Made by a program: the position numbers and the translations under genes. A stretch of DNA of 64,000 nt from Candidatus Calescibacterium sp. (GTDB taxonomy: Bacteria > DRYD01). The stretch's first letter is position 1. Each line of letters begins with the position of its first letter. Positions 47,089 to 57,448 of the stretch are shown piece after piece. The stretch covers positions 3,109 to 67,108 of the forward strand of contig JANXCV010000004.1 of the NCBI GenBank assembly GCA_025059235.1. The letters are read 5' to 3'. Under the pieces are notes generated by a model, which saw only the letters and a list, made by a program, of their open reading frames with translations, did no database searches and was not told the origin of the DNA.

Positions 47089-48524
47089 AAGTCAAAGATA
47101 TCCTAAGCAAGTATATAAAAAAGGAAGCAAGTGTAAAGGAAATAGTAGACTATTATCTATCGAACATAGAACAGAAGAACGAAAAATATAACGCCTTTAT
47201 TAAAATTTTCGATAGAGAATTCATATATGATCAGGTTATAAGATCTCAAAGGATGATAGATGAGGGTAATATTACGCCATTAGTTGGGATTCCGATTGCT
47301 ATAAAGGATAATATTAATGTTAAGGGATACCCGACTACATGTGCCTCGAAGATACTAAGTAATTACATATCTCCATATAATGCTACTGTTGTTGAGAAGT
47401 TATATGCTGCTGGTGCTATTATAATTGGGAAGACTAACTTGGATGAATTTGCTATGGGATCTACCAATGAGAACTCCTTTTATGGGATAGTAAGGAATCC
47501 TTTGGATCCTGAGTTAGTTTCTGGGGGATCTAGTGGTGGAAGCGCAGTTGCAGTTGCTGCAGACATGGTCCCACTTTCTCTAGGATCTGATACAGGGGGA
47601 TCAATTAGATTACCAGCAGCTTTCTGCGGAATATATGGATTGAAGCCTACGTATGGGGTGGTTTCAAGGTATGGCCTAGTTGCTTACGCTTCTTCTTTAG
47701 ATCAAATAGGTCCTTTCTCTAAATACGTAGAAGATTTATTCATGATAATGCAAGTAATATCGGGTTTTGATCCATATGATAGTACTAGTTCTAGAGATTT
47801 CAAACCTGATTTTGTTGATGATTCAATGAATATAAAATTAGCTTTTAGGGATGTTAGAGGGTTAAGAATTGGCTTTCCTACTAAAATTGTTGATGATCCT
47901 GCAGTAGAGGATGTAGTTAGGAATTCTGTAAATGATATAATAAGATTACTTGAAGATAATGGAGCTATGATCAAGGAAATAGAATTTCCTTACTTGGAAT
48001 ATGCGATTCCGTGTTACTATATAATAGCTACCAGTGAAGCTAGTTCTAACCTTGCAAGATACGATGGCGTAAGATATGGGTTTAGGGCTAATGATTGTGA
48101 GGATGTAAGGACTATGATGAAAAAAAGTAGGGGGGAGGGGTTTGGATTAGAGGTAAAAAGGAGGATTTTAGTGGGTACTTTCTGTTTGTCAAGTGGTTAT
48201 TATGATGCTTATTACAAAAAGGCCCTGAAAGTAAGGAATATAATAAAGAAGGATTTTCAAAATATATTAAAAGAAGTGGATTTTGTGATTATGCCTACTT
48301 CTCCGACTTTACCCTGGAAAATAGGTGAAAAAATAAATGATCCCGTACAAATGTACCTAAGTGACATATATACTGTTGCTGTTAACTTAGCAGGTCTACC
48401 ATCCGTAAATATCCCTTATTACAAATATCATTTTCCGGTAGGTATACAAATAATATCAGATCATTTTCAGGAATCAAAAATAATGTCACTTGCGTATATC
48501 ATAACTAACCTTCTAGGAAGCTAG
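47085..48524 (+). CDS. gatA: Glu-tRNA(Gln)/Asp-tRNA(Asn) amidotransferase subunit A
   Basis: Amidase signature GGSSGGSAVAVAA..GSDTGGSIRLPA. TTG start overlapping the preceding stop (TTGA). Confidence 0.92.
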   Translation: MKVKDILSKYIKKEASVKEIVDYYLSNIEQKNEKYNAFIKIFDREFIYDQVIRSQRMIDEGNITPLVGIPIAIKDNINVKGYPTTCASKILSNYISPYNATVVEKLYAAGAIIIGKTNLDEFAMGSTNENSFYGIVRNPLDPELVSGGSSGGSAVAVAADMVPLSLGSDTGGSIRLPAAFCGIYGLKPTYGVVSRYGLVAYASSLDQIGPFSKYVEDLFMIMQVISGFDPYDSTSSRDFKPDFVDDSMNIKLAFRDVRGLRIGFPTKIVDDPAVEDVVRNSVNDIIRLLEDNGAMIKEIEFPYLEYAIPCYYIIATSEASSNLARYDGVRYGFRANDCEDVRTMMKKSRGEGFGLEVKRRILVGTFCLSSGYYDAYYKKALKVRNIIKKDFQNILKEVDFVIMPTSPTLPWKIGEKINDPVQMYLSDIYTVAVNLAGLPSVNIPYYKYHFPVGIQIISDHFQESKIMSLAYIITNLLGS

Positions 48525-48528
48525 TGAT

Positions 48529-49479
48529 ATGAGTAATCAGATGTTAGTTATTGGAGACTTACATGGTGATTACTACAGACTAAAGAGAATTCTTGAAGAA
48601 AATCAAATATCTAGGATTATTGAAAATGGTGATGATATAGAATTAGAAATTATTGATTATCAGACATTTGTAGTTTTTGTGGGGGACTATATTGACTGGA
48701 GGGGGGAAGAATTGGAAAACCCCTTGAATCTGAAATATAGTGATATGATCAAAGGAACATCAAAAATAGTCAATCTAGTTTCTAAGATGCTCGAAAAAAG
48801 GGAAAATGTTTTCACTCTAATCGGAAATCATGAAGAAATGATGTTTCGTGCACTTAAGATAGTTGAAGGATTAAATATTGATGAAATAGGGGAAATGTTT
48901 GAAAAAATTTCCAGAAATCCATACTCTGTTATGAAAGAAGTTGCTGAAAGAGGAATTCTAGAGCAATTTTTGTCGTTCTATAATTGGTATTCACAAGGTG
49001 GACTGAATACTATAAGATCTTTTGGTAATATCGAGAATCTTATCGAAATAGTTCAACAAAGAAGATTATTTAAAAACTTACTTCTCTTTGTCTATTTTGA
49101 TACTGTAGAAGGTGATAGGATAATGATTTCTCATTCTTTTCCTGATGATACTACGTGTATAGATAGAATAATCCAGGAGAGCATTACCCCTAAGGATATT
49201 CAGTTGTTATTATGGAGTAGAAGAATTTGGGGTATAGATGCTTTCAATGGTGTCAGGACAGAACCTCTAAGAGAGGAGGAAATAATTTCAGTTCTGGACA
49301 AAAACAGAATAAAACACTATATAGTTGGGCATACGAGGGTTAGTCTGGAACCAAAACCTTTTGTTTATCTTAATGGAAGAGTAATAAATGTTGATAACCA
49401 CGGTATTCCTCAATCTCAACCACTTATAATTAAAGACATTAAAATATCCGGTTTTAGATCAAGTTTGTATAATTTATGA
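48529..49479 (+). CDS. Metallophosphoesterase (calcineurin-like)
   Basis: VIGDLHGD, GDYIDWRG, GNHE, ISHSFP. Confidence 0.8.
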   Translation: MSNQMLVIGDLHGDYYRLKRILEENQISRIIENGDDIELEIIDYQTFVVFVGDYIDWRGEELENPLNLKYSDMIKGTSKIVNLVSKMLEKRENVFTLIGNHEEMMFRALKIVEGLNIDEIGEMFEKISRNPYSVMKEVAERGILEQFLSFYNWYSQGGLNTIRSFGNIENLIEIVQQRRLFKNLLLFVYFDTVEGDRIMISHSFPDDTTCIDRIIQESITPKDIQLLLWSRRIWGIDAFNGVRTEPLREEEIISVLDKNRIKHYIVGHTRVSLEPKPFVYLNGRVINVDNHGIPQSQPLIIKDIKISGFRSSLYNL

Positions 49480-49590
49480 AGCTTCTGGCTTTATTTTTGG
49501 ATATTTGTTTTGTGATATACTATCTTTTTATATAGTCCATGGGTTTCAGATAATACATGACTGGAATGCTATCAGAAAGGATAGTTAAGC

Positions 49591-50703
49591 TTATATTCTT
49601 ATATTGCTTTGTATATCTATAGATGAAGCTATGTAAGCAGGTAATACCGAGGAGGTTATCCCAATGAATATTGATATTCCTATTATTTGTTGTACTACTG
49701 TGTATATGCTAGCCATTATAGGGATTGAAATATTTAATGCGGATTGAATAGAATTACCTATTAGTAGGGTGCTTATAATTCCTAAGAGGAGAGCAATCAA
49801 AGTAGCTATAGATGAGATCATAATTCCTTCTATCAGTAGTGATAGGAAAACCACTGTTCTTGGTGATCCTATAGCTAGGATAATTGTGAATTCTGGTATT
49901 CTTTCGAAGGTGGTTATCAATATTGTATTTGTTGAGGCTATTAGAGCAATCGATATTGAAGCTATTATCATTATTACCTGGAGAACCTTTAACCCTGAAA
50001 TTATCGTTTCCTGAATGTAATTAAGTTTTTTGTATTCTGTAAGTACTACATTTGGATATTTATTTACAATATTTGAAAGTGTTTTTATGTCTGTTATTGA
50101 GTTTATCCATATTTGATCAAAATTTTTTCTATTTGATATTTCGAGATACTTTCTAAAATCGATAAATATCGAATAGTCTTCGTATCCTTTTAGTTCTTTT
50201 TTGAGGGTATAAGTTTTGAATTCTCTGTCATTTATTTTTATGGTGTCACTTTTTATGATATGTGATATTTTAGTGCCTATGAGTACGTAATCTTGAGAGG
50301 GTGGGGGTTCAATTTGATGATAAAAGTGGTTTATTTTTTCCAGGTCGATTGATATTAGAGGAATTAACATATTATTGATATTTACTATGCTTTTGAATAC
50401 GGGAGTCATGTAGTATTCATTTTCATAGATTATTAGGGTGGTATAGAGCTCAAAGGGGACATGGTTTATGGATGGATTTATTATGATCGGCCCTATTTCT
50501 ATAGGTATTTCTTTGGTAGTTATTATCATTTCAACAGTTTTGTTTTTAATAGATTTTTCAATAACTGCTAGAAAACCTTGTACTAAGGATAGTAGTATAA
50601 ATGAGATCAGAATTGAGAATGCAATTGAAAAAGTTGTCAATATGGTTCTTTCTTTTCTATACAAAACACTACTTTTGGCTATTTTGATTGCTACGTTTAA
50701 CAT
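49591..50703 (-). CDS. ABC transporter permease, FtsX/MacB-like
   Basis: N-terminal TM (RTILTTFSIAFSILISF), a large periplasmic domain and three C-terminal TM helices typical of the FtsX fold. No adjacent ATPase gene. Confidence 0.7.
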   Translation of the reverse strand: MLNVAIKIAKSSVLYRKERTILTTFSIAFSILISFILLSLVQGFLAVIEKSIKNKTVEMIITTKEIPIEIGPIIINPSINHVPFELYTTLIIYENEYYMTPVFKSIVNINNMLIPLISIDLEKINHFYHQIEPPPSQDYVLIGTKISHIIKSDTIKINDREFKTYTLKKELKGYEDYSIFIDFRKYLEISNRKNFDQIWINSITDIKTLSNIVNKYPNVVLTEYKKLNYIQETIISGLKVLQVIMIIASISIALIASTNTILITTFERIPEFTIILAIGSPRTVVFLSLLIEGIMISSIATLIALLLGIISTLLIGNSIQSALNISIPIMASIYTVVQQIIGISIFIGITSSVLPAYIASSIDIQSNIRI

Positions 50704-50728
50704 TTGAATAATTGTTTTCTAAAAGGGA

Positions 50729-50938
50729 TTATTCATTAGGGAGTATATTTTGTATGAGATTTTTTAGTGTTTTTGTCAATTGTTTTGTAAAGTTTTCCTT
50801 TGTTTCTTCATCTAGATTTTCGTATATCACGTATGCTACTATGCCTATTATTGCTCCCAATGTACCTGCTAAGAATATTTTTCTTTTTGAGTACTTTGGA
50901 AATTTCTTTTCTTCAACTTTTTGTAGATAGTTTTCCAT
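50729..50938 (-). CDS. Small membrane protein (YtxH-like layout)
   Basis: 69 aa with one central TM (IFLAGTLGAIIGIVAYVIY) and charged helical flanks. Confidence 0.4.
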   Translation of the reverse strand: MENYLQKVEEKKFPKYSKRKIFLAGTLGAIIGIVAYVIYENLDEETKENFTKQLTKTLKNLIQNILPNE

Positions 50939-50970
50939 GTTTTTTACCTCCTTGTTGTATCGTCAAGATT

Positions 50971-51513
50971 TTATTTTACTTTGTCAAATATTGATTCTTT
51001 TTTTCTTTTTAGCGGTTTTGTTGAATATTTTTCATAAACGGGTGTAGTGTTTGCCTCTTTTAGTTTGTTACTTGTGTAAAGATATATATAACCTGTTCCC
51101 AGTAAGATTAGTAGTATGATCAGCAAGATCAGCAAATAGTTTTGTTTTTTATTTTTATTTTTATTTTCATTTTCTTCTATGTTGGTATAGCTTTCTTCGT
51201 GAGGATATTGGGTTTGGGGTTTATATGTATTTGTAATATTTGGGTTGTCTTTAGTGTATCCGGTTCTATTTTGATAATATTCTTTAAAGGCATCTTTTTT
51301 GTAGTAATATATTTTTGGTGGTTTTTGTTTTTCTGATTCTTCTTGTATTTCTGGATCAGGACTTTTATAATCTGGATCATGTTTGTACATTAGATCTTTG
51401 GGAGGAACTAGAACTCCTGCAAGGGTGTGGGGAGAAAAAATTAAGAATACTATAACTATGGAAAGTATATTTCTTGAGATGCCAGAAAAAATTTTAACAA
51501 TCATAGATTCCAT
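50971..51513 (-). CDS. Hypothetical bitopic membrane protein
   Basis: Signal-like N-terminus, a K/N/E/P/Y-rich middle, a TM (YLLILLIILLILLGTGYIYLY) and a basic tail. Confidence 0.5.
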   Translation of the reverse strand: MESMIVKIFSGISRNILSIVIVFLIFSPHTLAGVLVPPKDLMYKHDPDYKSPDPEIQEESEKQKPPKIYYYKKDAFKEYYQNRTGYTKDNPNITNTYKPQTQYPHEESYTNIEENENKNKNKKQNYLLILLIILLILLGTGYIYLYTSNKLKEANTTPVYEKYSTKPLKRKKESIFDKVK

Positions 51514-52525
51514 TAATAATTTAGGTATTTACATTCATTATCCCTTTTGTGTAAGAGAATGTTTCTATTGTGATTTTTATAAAAGGACGAGTTTTGACTC
51601 TAGGTTTTATGAGGATTTGCTAAGTGAGGTACTAATATTTAAGCAGGAATTATTAAATCTAGAATATGATTTTAAATTGATAGATACGATATACTTTGGT
51701 GGGGGAACTCCTTCTCTTATGTCTGTAAAATTCGTTGAAAAGTTATTAGACCTTATATATCAGAATTTCAGAGTATGTAAGGAGGTGGAAATAAATTTTG
51801 AAATTAATCCAGATATTTCAGTTGGATATTTGAGAGATCTTAAAAGCTTGGGAATAAATAGGATTAGTATTGGTGTTCAGTCGTTTAATCTTTTCGGTCT
51901 CAGAATTATGGGAAGAACTCATTCTCCTGAACAGATTTTTACAACGATCAAAAATGTAGAAAAATTCTTCGATAACTATAATATTGATATGTTATGTCTA
52001 TATCCTTATCAGGATATAGATTCTTTAAGGGAGGACTTGAATATTGTAATTTCGATCAGCCCCCCCCATGTTTCTTACTACCTTATGGATGTTGACAAAA
52101 GGATTCTATATCCGAACATTTTACTTAAGAAAATATATCAGCTTTATGAAGTATCTGATGATTTTTATCAAGTTATTCAGGAATGTTTATCGGTGTGTTA
52201 TGATCACTATGAAGTTTCTAATTTTGCACAAAGTCAGCTTTATTGTAGACATAATTTGAAGTATTGGTACTATTGTGATTATATTGGTTTTGGTCCTTCT
52301 GCGGTATCGAAATTAACGATTGGGAACAAAGTCTTAAGAACTATAAAAATTAATCAGAGAGAATGGGAGTATATAGATAGCCTAACACAAATACGAGAAA
52401 AGATATTCCTTGCTCTGAGGACAAAATGGGGAATAGTTATAAACGGTACTCTGGTGAAATTAGATGATTTTAGAAACTATTATACTAAGACTTTGGATAT
52501 TTTAAAAGCATATGGGATAGAATAA
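51458..52525 (+). CDS. hemW: Radical SAM heme chaperone HemW / oxygen-independent coproporphyrinogen-III-oxidase-like
   Basis: YIHYPFCVRECFYCDF (CxxxCxxC), GGGTPS, RISIGVQS. The start is uncertain (ATG at 51458 or 51476); the track start at 51383 overlaps the divergent gene. Confidence 0.82.
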   Translation: MESIFLEMPEKILTIIDSINNLGIYIHYPFCVRECFYCDFYKRTSFDSRFYEDLLSEVLIFKQELLNLEYDFKLIDTIYFGGGTPSLMSVKFVEKLLDLIYQNFRVCKEVEINFEINPDISVGYLRDLKSLGINRISIGVQSFNLFGLRIMGRTHSPEQIFTTIKNVEKFFDNYNIDMLCLYPYQDIDSLREDLNIVISISPPHVSYYLMDVDKRILYPNILLKKIYQLYEVSDDFYQVIQECLSVCYDHYEVSNFAQSQLYCRHNLKYWYYCDYIGFGPSAVSKLTIGNKVLRTIKINQREWEYIDSLTQIREKIFLALRTKWGIVINGTLVKLDDFRNYYTKTLDILKAYGIE

Positions 52526-53684
52526 GTGAGATGAGTAATATTACTGTGAGTATTGGGAAGACATTGAGGTAGGAAGCTGTTAAATCTTTTGTTATTCCGG
52601 CTAATAGGTTACCAGTTATAGCTCCTATTCCGTAGGCAGTAAATACTATGCCATATTTGGTTGAGTAGTTGTTTAGTCCGAATATCATTGCTGTTGTTGT
52701 TGGTGCTATTGCCATCCAGCCTCCTAAATTCAACCAAAAAACACAAAAAGCTATTATATAGCTACTAAGTGACTTAGTTGTGTATAGAAAGATTATTGAA
52801 ATTATGATAGAGGAGAAGGAGAGGGTTATTGTTGGTTTTGGGGTTAGCTTTTCTGTGAGCCATCCGAATAGGGGTCTTCCTATTCCGTTACATATGGCAA
52901 ATGGAATCATGAGTAGAGTCAAGATTTTGGATATTTCTCTTTCTTGCATTGTAGAATTTGATACTATTTCTAAACCTACTTGCTTTGATATTCCTATTGC
53001 TGTTAAGCCTACAATATTTGCTGTTGTAAAGGAAATCCATAAACCGTAAAAAGAAGGACTTTTTAGAATTTCTTTATAGTTCTCATCACTTGTATCTTTA
53101 TTATTGATTTTCTCAGAATTTTTTGGTAGTCTAAAGAAATAAAAAAGTAGAGAAATGAGGATGAAAAAAGTTATGCCTACTATTCTCAGGGTTTGTGAAA
53201 TTCCGTAGTTGTATGCCAATATGTCAATCAGTGGGCTTATTATGGCTGCTGAAATACCGAAGCCCATGAGTGTTATTCCGATAGCTAGTCCCCTTTTTTG
53301 GGGGAACCAGATGGTTATAGTAGTTACCGTCGAATTGTATACCATTCCTACTCCTATTCCTCCTATTACTCCGTACAATACGTATAGTTCTAAGGGAGAT
53401 TTTGCGAATGAAGAGGAAAACCATGCTAATGAAAGAAGTGCCCCACCTATGATTCCGATTTTTTGAATACCATATTTTTCTATCAGTTTACCTGCTAGGG
53501 GCATAGAAAATGAAAATAGAGCCAAAAATATCAGGTATGGAACTTGCATCTGAGTTGCTGTTACCTTTATACCGTAATCATTTTCGAAGAGTTTTCTCAG
53601 ATGGACTTGTAGAACGCTATAGGAGTATATTGCTCCGAGGCATAGGTTTATGATGAAACCTGCAGAAACATAAAACCATCTCAT
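52485..53684 (-). CDS. MFS transporter, oxalate/formate-antiporter-like
   Basis: MRWFYVSAGFIINLCLGAIYSYSV N-terminus and ~12 TM helices. The 3' end overlaps the hemW 3' end by 41 bp (convergent). Confidence 0.78.
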   Translation of the reverse strand: MRWFYVSAGFIINLCLGAIYSYSVLQVHLRKLFENDYGIKVTATQMQVPYLIFLALFSFSMPLAGKLIEKYGIQKIGIIGGALLSLAWFSSSFAKSPLELYVLYGVIGGIGVGMVYNSTVTTITIWFPQKRGLAIGITLMGFGISAAIISPLIDILAYNYGISQTLRIVGITFFILISLLFYFFRLPKNSEKINNKDTSDENYKEILKSPSFYGLWISFTTANIVGLTAIGISKQVGLEIVSNSTMQEREISKILTLLMIPFAICNGIGRPLFGWLTEKLTPKPTITLSFSSIIISIIFLYTTKSLSSYIIAFCVFWLNLGGWMAIAPTTTAMIFGLNNYSTKYGIVFTAYGIGAITGNLLAGITKDLTASYLNVFPILTVILLISLILSHMLLKYPKS

Positions 53685-53813
53685 AATTTCTCTGTGTAAT
53701 TATATATTTCTCATCAAAAATTATGGAATCCTTATGTTGTGGATATTAATTTTAAAGAGGGTGAAATTTGTAGTTAAAGAAATCAATATGAGTAACTATT
53801 TATTTGTGGACAT

Positions 53814-55274
53814 ATGGATCAAGGAAGTGGGGTATACTCGAAGCTTCCTTATATGGAAAGTTTATTGAATTATGCTTCGAAGAAAATAGTTCCTTTTCAA
53901 TGTCCTGGACACAAAGCTGGAAAAGCTTACAAGAAGAAATACAGAGAACTGATCTCTGGAAATCTGTTCAGGATTGAAACTAATGAAATAGGAATTATCG
54001 ATACTTTTCAAAATCCTCAAAAATCTCTTAAGTTATCTCAAGAACTAATGGCAAAAGCTTATGGGGTTTATAAAACGTACTATATTTCTGGAGGGTCAAC
54101 TCTTTCTAATCACATTGCAATAATAAGTTCTGTTTCAGATGGTGACAATATAGTTATACCTAGGAATTCTCACAAATCTATTTTTTCTGCGGTTATACTG
54201 TCTGGTGCAAGGCCAGTTTTTATATATCCAGGGTATGATTACCAGTTCAATATAGATTATAACGTATCTTTTGAAGATGTGAGAAAGGTGGTTGAGAGTC
54301 AAAAGATATCCGCTGTTGTTATTTGCCATCCTACGTACTATGGTTTAAAAACTGATGTAGAGGAAATATCTGAGTACTTGGATAGCAGGGGAGTTTTATT
54401 GATAGTTGATCAGGCTTGGGGAGCGCATTTTAAGTTTAATCCCAATTTTCCAACTTGTTCAACAGATACTAAAGCTCACATAATAGTTATGAGTCCTCAT
54501 AAGACTCTGTTTGCCTTTACTCAATCCTCCATCCTTAATCTTAATCATTCTTTAGTCAATAGATTTCCTGAATTAGTTGCAAAGATACATCAGACGGTAC
54601 TGATGTTAAACTCTACAAGTCCCTCTTCCTTACTTTTCTTATCTCTTGATTATACTCAATATATGCTAAATAACGATTTAACAATATTTGAGAAGATGTA
54701 TAAGTTGAGTGAATATACGATAAGAAAAATAAGGGATATCGATCCATCGATTGTTTTTAACAATCATGATATAACAAAAGTAGTTATTAATCTTTCTAAG
54801 TATGGTATCTCTGGGTATGAACTCGAGGAAGTTTTACTTGAGAAATACAGGATTCAAGTTGAAATGTCTGATCTTTTTAATGCTATTCTCCTAATTACTG
54901 TAGGTGATACAAAAAGTAAAATAGACTACTTTTTGAGAAGTTTGAAGGAAATAATAAGAGAGCTGAAATTAGGTTTTTTGAAGCCGAAGGGTATAATAAG
55001 AAAGATACAGGAATATCCAGATTGGCCAGAGCTTGTTTTATCACCAAGACAGGCTTATATATCAAAAACGAAGGAAGTACCTATCAAGGAAAGTTATGGA
55101 AAAATTTCTGCTGAAATAATTACCACTTATCCCCCTGGAATACCTATCCTTATACCTGGTGAGAGAATAACTAAACAAATAGCTGATTATATAGAGTGCG
55201 AAATAGACTACGGAACAAAAATAACAGGTATATATAACATAAAGGAGAGAAAGATTAGAGTTGTTGATGAGTGA
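53814..55274 (+). CDS. PLP-dependent Orn/Lys/Arg decarboxylase (fold type I, SpeA/YaaO-like)
   Basis: SPHKTL PLP-lysine motif, DQAWGAH, a C-terminal OKR_DC_1_C-like end TYPPGIPILIPGE, 486 aa. Confidence 0.8.
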   Translation: MDQGSGVYSKLPYMESLLNYASKKIVPFQCPGHKAGKAYKKKYRELISGNLFRIETNEIGIIDTFQNPQKSLKLSQELMAKAYGVYKTYYISGGSTLSNHIAIISSVSDGDNIVIPRNSHKSIFSAVILSGARPVFIYPGYDYQFNIDYNVSFEDVRKVVESQKISAVVICHPTYYGLKTDVEEISEYLDSRGVLLIVDQAWGAHFKFNPNFPTCSTDTKAHIIVMSPHKTLFAFTQSSILNLNHSLVNRFPELVAKIHQTVLMLNSTSPSSLLFLSLDYTQYMLNNDLTIFEKMYKLSEYTIRKIRDIDPSIVFNNHDITKVVINLSKYGISGYELEEVLLEKYRIQVEMSDLFNAILLITVGDTKSKIDYFLRSLKEIIRELKLGFLKPKGIIRKIQEYPDWPELVLSPRQAYISKTKEVPIKESYGKISAEIITTYPPGIPILIPGERITKQIADYIECEIDYGTKITGIYNIKERKIRVVDE

Positions 55275-56571
55275 AAAAATAAACCTTCTAATATTCAAAA
55301 GAGATTTGAGAATTGAGGACAATAGGACTCTAAGAAAATGTTTTGAAGAATCAGAAAAATTTATACCAGTTTTCATATTTAACCCGGAAATATTTGAGAG
55401 TAAAAACGATGTAAGATTATCTTTTATAGCGGAAGCAATAAGAAGAATAAGGGAAAAGATGAAAGTTTATGTCTTCTTAGGTACAGATCAGGAAATACTC
55501 GAGAAAATCTTACAAAAATATAGGATTTCTAAAGTATTTACATCTTTGCCGTTGACTATCTCTGGGAAAAATAGAAATAACAAGATCAAAGAATTATTAG
55601 ATAGAAGAGGGGTGGATTTTGTAGAAGTTTTCGATAATGTCTTATGTGATTTTAGAAAATTGCCCTACAAAAAAGTATATACTCATTTCTACAATGAATG
55701 GAAAGAAAATCTAGATCTTTACATTGGTAAAGATTATGAATATAATCTAAAAGTAGTCGAAGATGAGGAATTCGATAATTTGACACAAAAAGTTTTGGAC
55801 AGATTTTTGATAAATCGCATAACCAAATGGAGCTATGATTTTGGTTTTAGAAGATTAGAAGAGTATGATTTTTCCAAGTATTCTGAGCTAAGAAATGATC
55901 TAGGAGAAGATTATAGCTCAAAACTATCGCCTTATATAAGATTCGGTATTATATCGATAAGGAAAATATACAGTGTATCTTTTGATAAGAGTGAGAGTTT
56001 TGTAAAAGAATTAGCTTGGCGAGAATTTTGGTATCATATTTCTTATAATTTCCCAGAGATTAGACAGACGGAATTTCAAGAGAATAAAAGGTCAATAGCT
56101 TGGGAAAATAATGAAGATTTTATGGAAGCTTTCTTTGAGGCAAGAACAGGATATCCTATAATCGATGCTGCTATTGTTCAGCTTAAGCAAGAGAATTGGA
56201 TGCACAATAGGGCTAGACTTATAGTGGGATCTTTTTTAACAAAGGATCTACTCGTAAACTGGCGAATAGGAGAAAAATTCTTTTCCGAGCATCTTCTGGA
56301 CTATGACGAATCTATCAATATTGGTAATTGGCAATGGATAGCTTCTGTTGGTCCTGACCCTAAGCCTATAAGAATCTTCAATCCCATAATTCAAGCTCAG
56401 AAGTTTGATCCTCATGCTAACTACATAAAAAAGTATTTACCTGAATTGTCAAAAATAGAACCACACAAACTACATGATCCAATCAAATATTCAATACCCT
56501 ATTATACACCTATCGTTATACATTCCGAAAGGATAGAAAAAATAAAAAGAGCATATGGTATAGGGGTATAA
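55267..56571 (+). CDS. phr: Deoxyribodipyrimidine photolyase / cryptochrome family
   Basis: GYPIIDAAIVQLKQENWMHNRARLIVGSFL and DYDESINIGNWQWIAS. The ATG at 55267 overlaps the decarboxylase stop. Confidence 0.9.
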   Translation: MSEKINLLIFKRDLRIEDNRTLRKCFEESEKFIPVFIFNPEIFESKNDVRLSFIAEAIRRIREKMKVYVFLGTDQEILEKILQKYRISKVFTSLPLTISGKNRNNKIKELLDRRGVDFVEVFDNVLCDFRKLPYKKVYTHFYNEWKENLDLYIGKDYEYNLKVVEDEEFDNLTQKVLDRFLINRITKWSYDFGFRRLEEYDFSKYSELRNDLGEDYSSKLSPYIRFGIISIRKIYSVSFDKSESFVKELAWREFWYHISYNFPEIRQTEFQENKRSIAWENNEDFMEAFFEARTGYPIIDAAIVQLKQENWMHNRARLIVGSFLTKDLLVNWRIGEKFFSEHLLDYDESINIGNWQWIASVGPDPKPIRIFNPIIQAQKFDPHANYIKKYLPELSKIEPHKLHDPIKYSIPYYTPIVIHSERIEKIKRAYGIGV

Positions 56572-56572
56572 A

Positions 56573-57448
56573 ATGAACGATAAGTTGTTGGAGCAAGAAG
56601 TAGAAAACATAAGAAGTGAAGTAGTATCAAGATTTTTTATAGATTATATAGGTTTTCTTATTACCACATCTTTGTTAATTTTTATTTTGCCTCTTCTTAT
56701 ATGTCCTTTTTTATTTTTTTTGGTTACATCTATTTGGGGGATAATTTTTCTACTTGTACTATCTATGATTATTTCCTTTTATTCTTGTATATCATATAGT
56801 AAGCAGAAAATAATATCGAGGGTTAAAAATCTCTTTTTGAATACAGGTCTTGTTTACGACAATCTAAGGGGTACAAAAAACCCAAATCCCAACTATATTC
56901 TTGAAAGATTAGTTGAGATAGATCTCGACTATAATTATATCTCTTCTGGGAATATGTATAATCTGGTACATACGGGCTATAATGAGAGTGTTTACTCTGG
57001 AATAGTCTATTTGTCTAAGATGAATTACAATAGTTATGAAGCTTATTATTACGATGATTCTCCTAAGTACAGAAAACAGGGATTCAAGTATGTTACACTC
57101 CCAGGACTTAAAACACAACTGATGTATAGTGAACCATCTAACATTAAAACTGCTATTGTTTTTGTAGTTCCTGAAATTCTTTTTAATTCGGAAAAGGTTG
57201 AAAAAGAAGGAATCAAATATAGAAAAGTAGGTAATGATTATGTTGTTCTAATAGAAGATGAGTATGTGTTTAACAGGGTTGAAAAACGTCTTAATAATTC
57301 AGAAAACAATAAAGAACAAAAGATAAACATCGACATATTCAAAAAAATAGATAGGGATACGATTTTAAAGATTATGGAGTCAACTTTAAAGGAAATTGCA
57401 GAAATTGTTAATATAATAAAAGGAAGGGGAATAATAAAATGTTTGTAA
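56573..57448 (+). CDS. Hypothetical membrane protein (2 TM + C-terminal domain)
   Basis: 291 aa with a charged N-terminal helix, two TM helices (FLITTSLLIFILPLL, IWGIIFLLVLSMIISF) and a ~200-aa soluble part. No motif recognised. Confidence 0.55.
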   Translation: MNDKLLEQEVENIRSEVVSRFFIDYIGFLITTSLLIFILPLLICPFLFFLVTSIWGIIFLLVLSMIISFYSCISYSKQKIISRVKNLFLNTGLVYDNLRGTKNPNPNYILERLVEIDLDYNYISSGNMYNLVHTGYNESVYSGIVYLSKMNYNSYEAYYYDDSPKYRKQGFKYVTLPGLKTQLMYSEPSNIKTAIVFVVPEILFNSEKVEKEGIKYRKVGNDYVVLIEDEYVFNRVEKRLNNSENNKEQKINIDIFKKIDRDTILKIMESTLKEIAEIVNIIKGRGIIKCL

